Shown here: in pieces, positions 63,771 through 64,000 of the stretch
Position numbering within the stretch: position 1 is the first letter of the stretch
Layout: every line of letters starts with the position of its first letter
Source: Camelus dromedarius
Taxonomy: Eukaryota
Reading direction: 5' to 3'
DNA: 64,000 nucleotides
Assembly (NCBI RefSeq): GCF_036321535.1
Contig: NC_087437.1
Location: forward strand, 9,860,001-9,924,000
Program-made: the position numbers and the translations under genes
Notes under the pieces: model-generated
Seen by the model: the letters and a program-made list of their open reading frames with translations, nothing else
Databases searched by the model: none
What the model was told of the DNA's origin: nothing

Positions 63771-64000
63771 GGCACGCCGCCCGCGCCCGCGCCCGCCCCA
63801 GGTGCACCGGCCGGGAGAGGTGCGAGCCGGCGCCGAGGGAGGGCCGGAGGGAGACGGCGGAGAAGGCAGAAAGCAAGCGGGAGGCCGGGAGCTGGCTCTC
63901 ACCGAGTGAGTGGCTCGCGGTGTTCAGGGCAACGGGAGGAGGAGAACTGCATCCAGAAACTAGAAATAATTGGAAATGAGCTCCAGTGAGCTGCTGTAGG

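Larger units (their letters stand above)
63020..63940. promoter_or_regulatory. CpG island promoter of the minus-strand gene
   Basis: Abrupt rise in GC and CpG against the depleted background; GC-box-like cccgcgcccgcgcccgccc at about 63780-63798. Confidence 0.93.

Noticed and set aside
63174..63989. 271-aa plus-strand ORF and overlapping ORFs in the CpG island
   Set aside because: Long stop-free frames are expected in very GC-rich DNA. The translation is low-complexity Ala/Arg/Gly/Pro with no recognisable domain, and it does not begin at a true ATG.
1..64000. Assigning a gene symbol to the minus-strand gene
   Set aside because: No exon or peptide matched a protein I recognise; naming it would be a guess.

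Overview
Mammalian genomic DNA that is AT-rich and CpG-depleted. The tRNA-derived SINEs at 7.5 kb and 54.4 kb and the young L1 3' ends resemble camelid (Vic-1 type) elements, so a camel or alpaca origin is likely but is an inference. The window reads as the 5' part of one large minus-strand gene. A CpG island at about 63.0-63.95 kb holds a GC-rich first exon with a strong donor (AGG|GTAAGT, exon end 63476). It is followed by over 60 kb of intron containing several candidate small exons. Two of these end exactly in ATG|GTGAGT (38338-38380 and the exon ending at 6132), and one encodes a 14-aa phase-0 N-terminus (41123-41164). I cannot name the gene; no recognisable coding domain lies in the window. 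The rest is the usual mammalian repeat landscape: L1 (three apparent 5'-inverted copies and several ultra-short copies with target-site duplications, TSDs), L2, MIR, MaLR/ERVL/ERV1 solo LTRs, hAT-Charlie MERs, microsatellites and a 51-bp minisatellite. Repeat family names are from recall of consensus sequences, not from a search. Nearly all ORFs in the supplied track look like chance or repeat-derived ORFs. I find no evidence for a novel standalone biological system; the most interesting signals are the candidate alternative-start exon architecture and the retrotransposition footprints.
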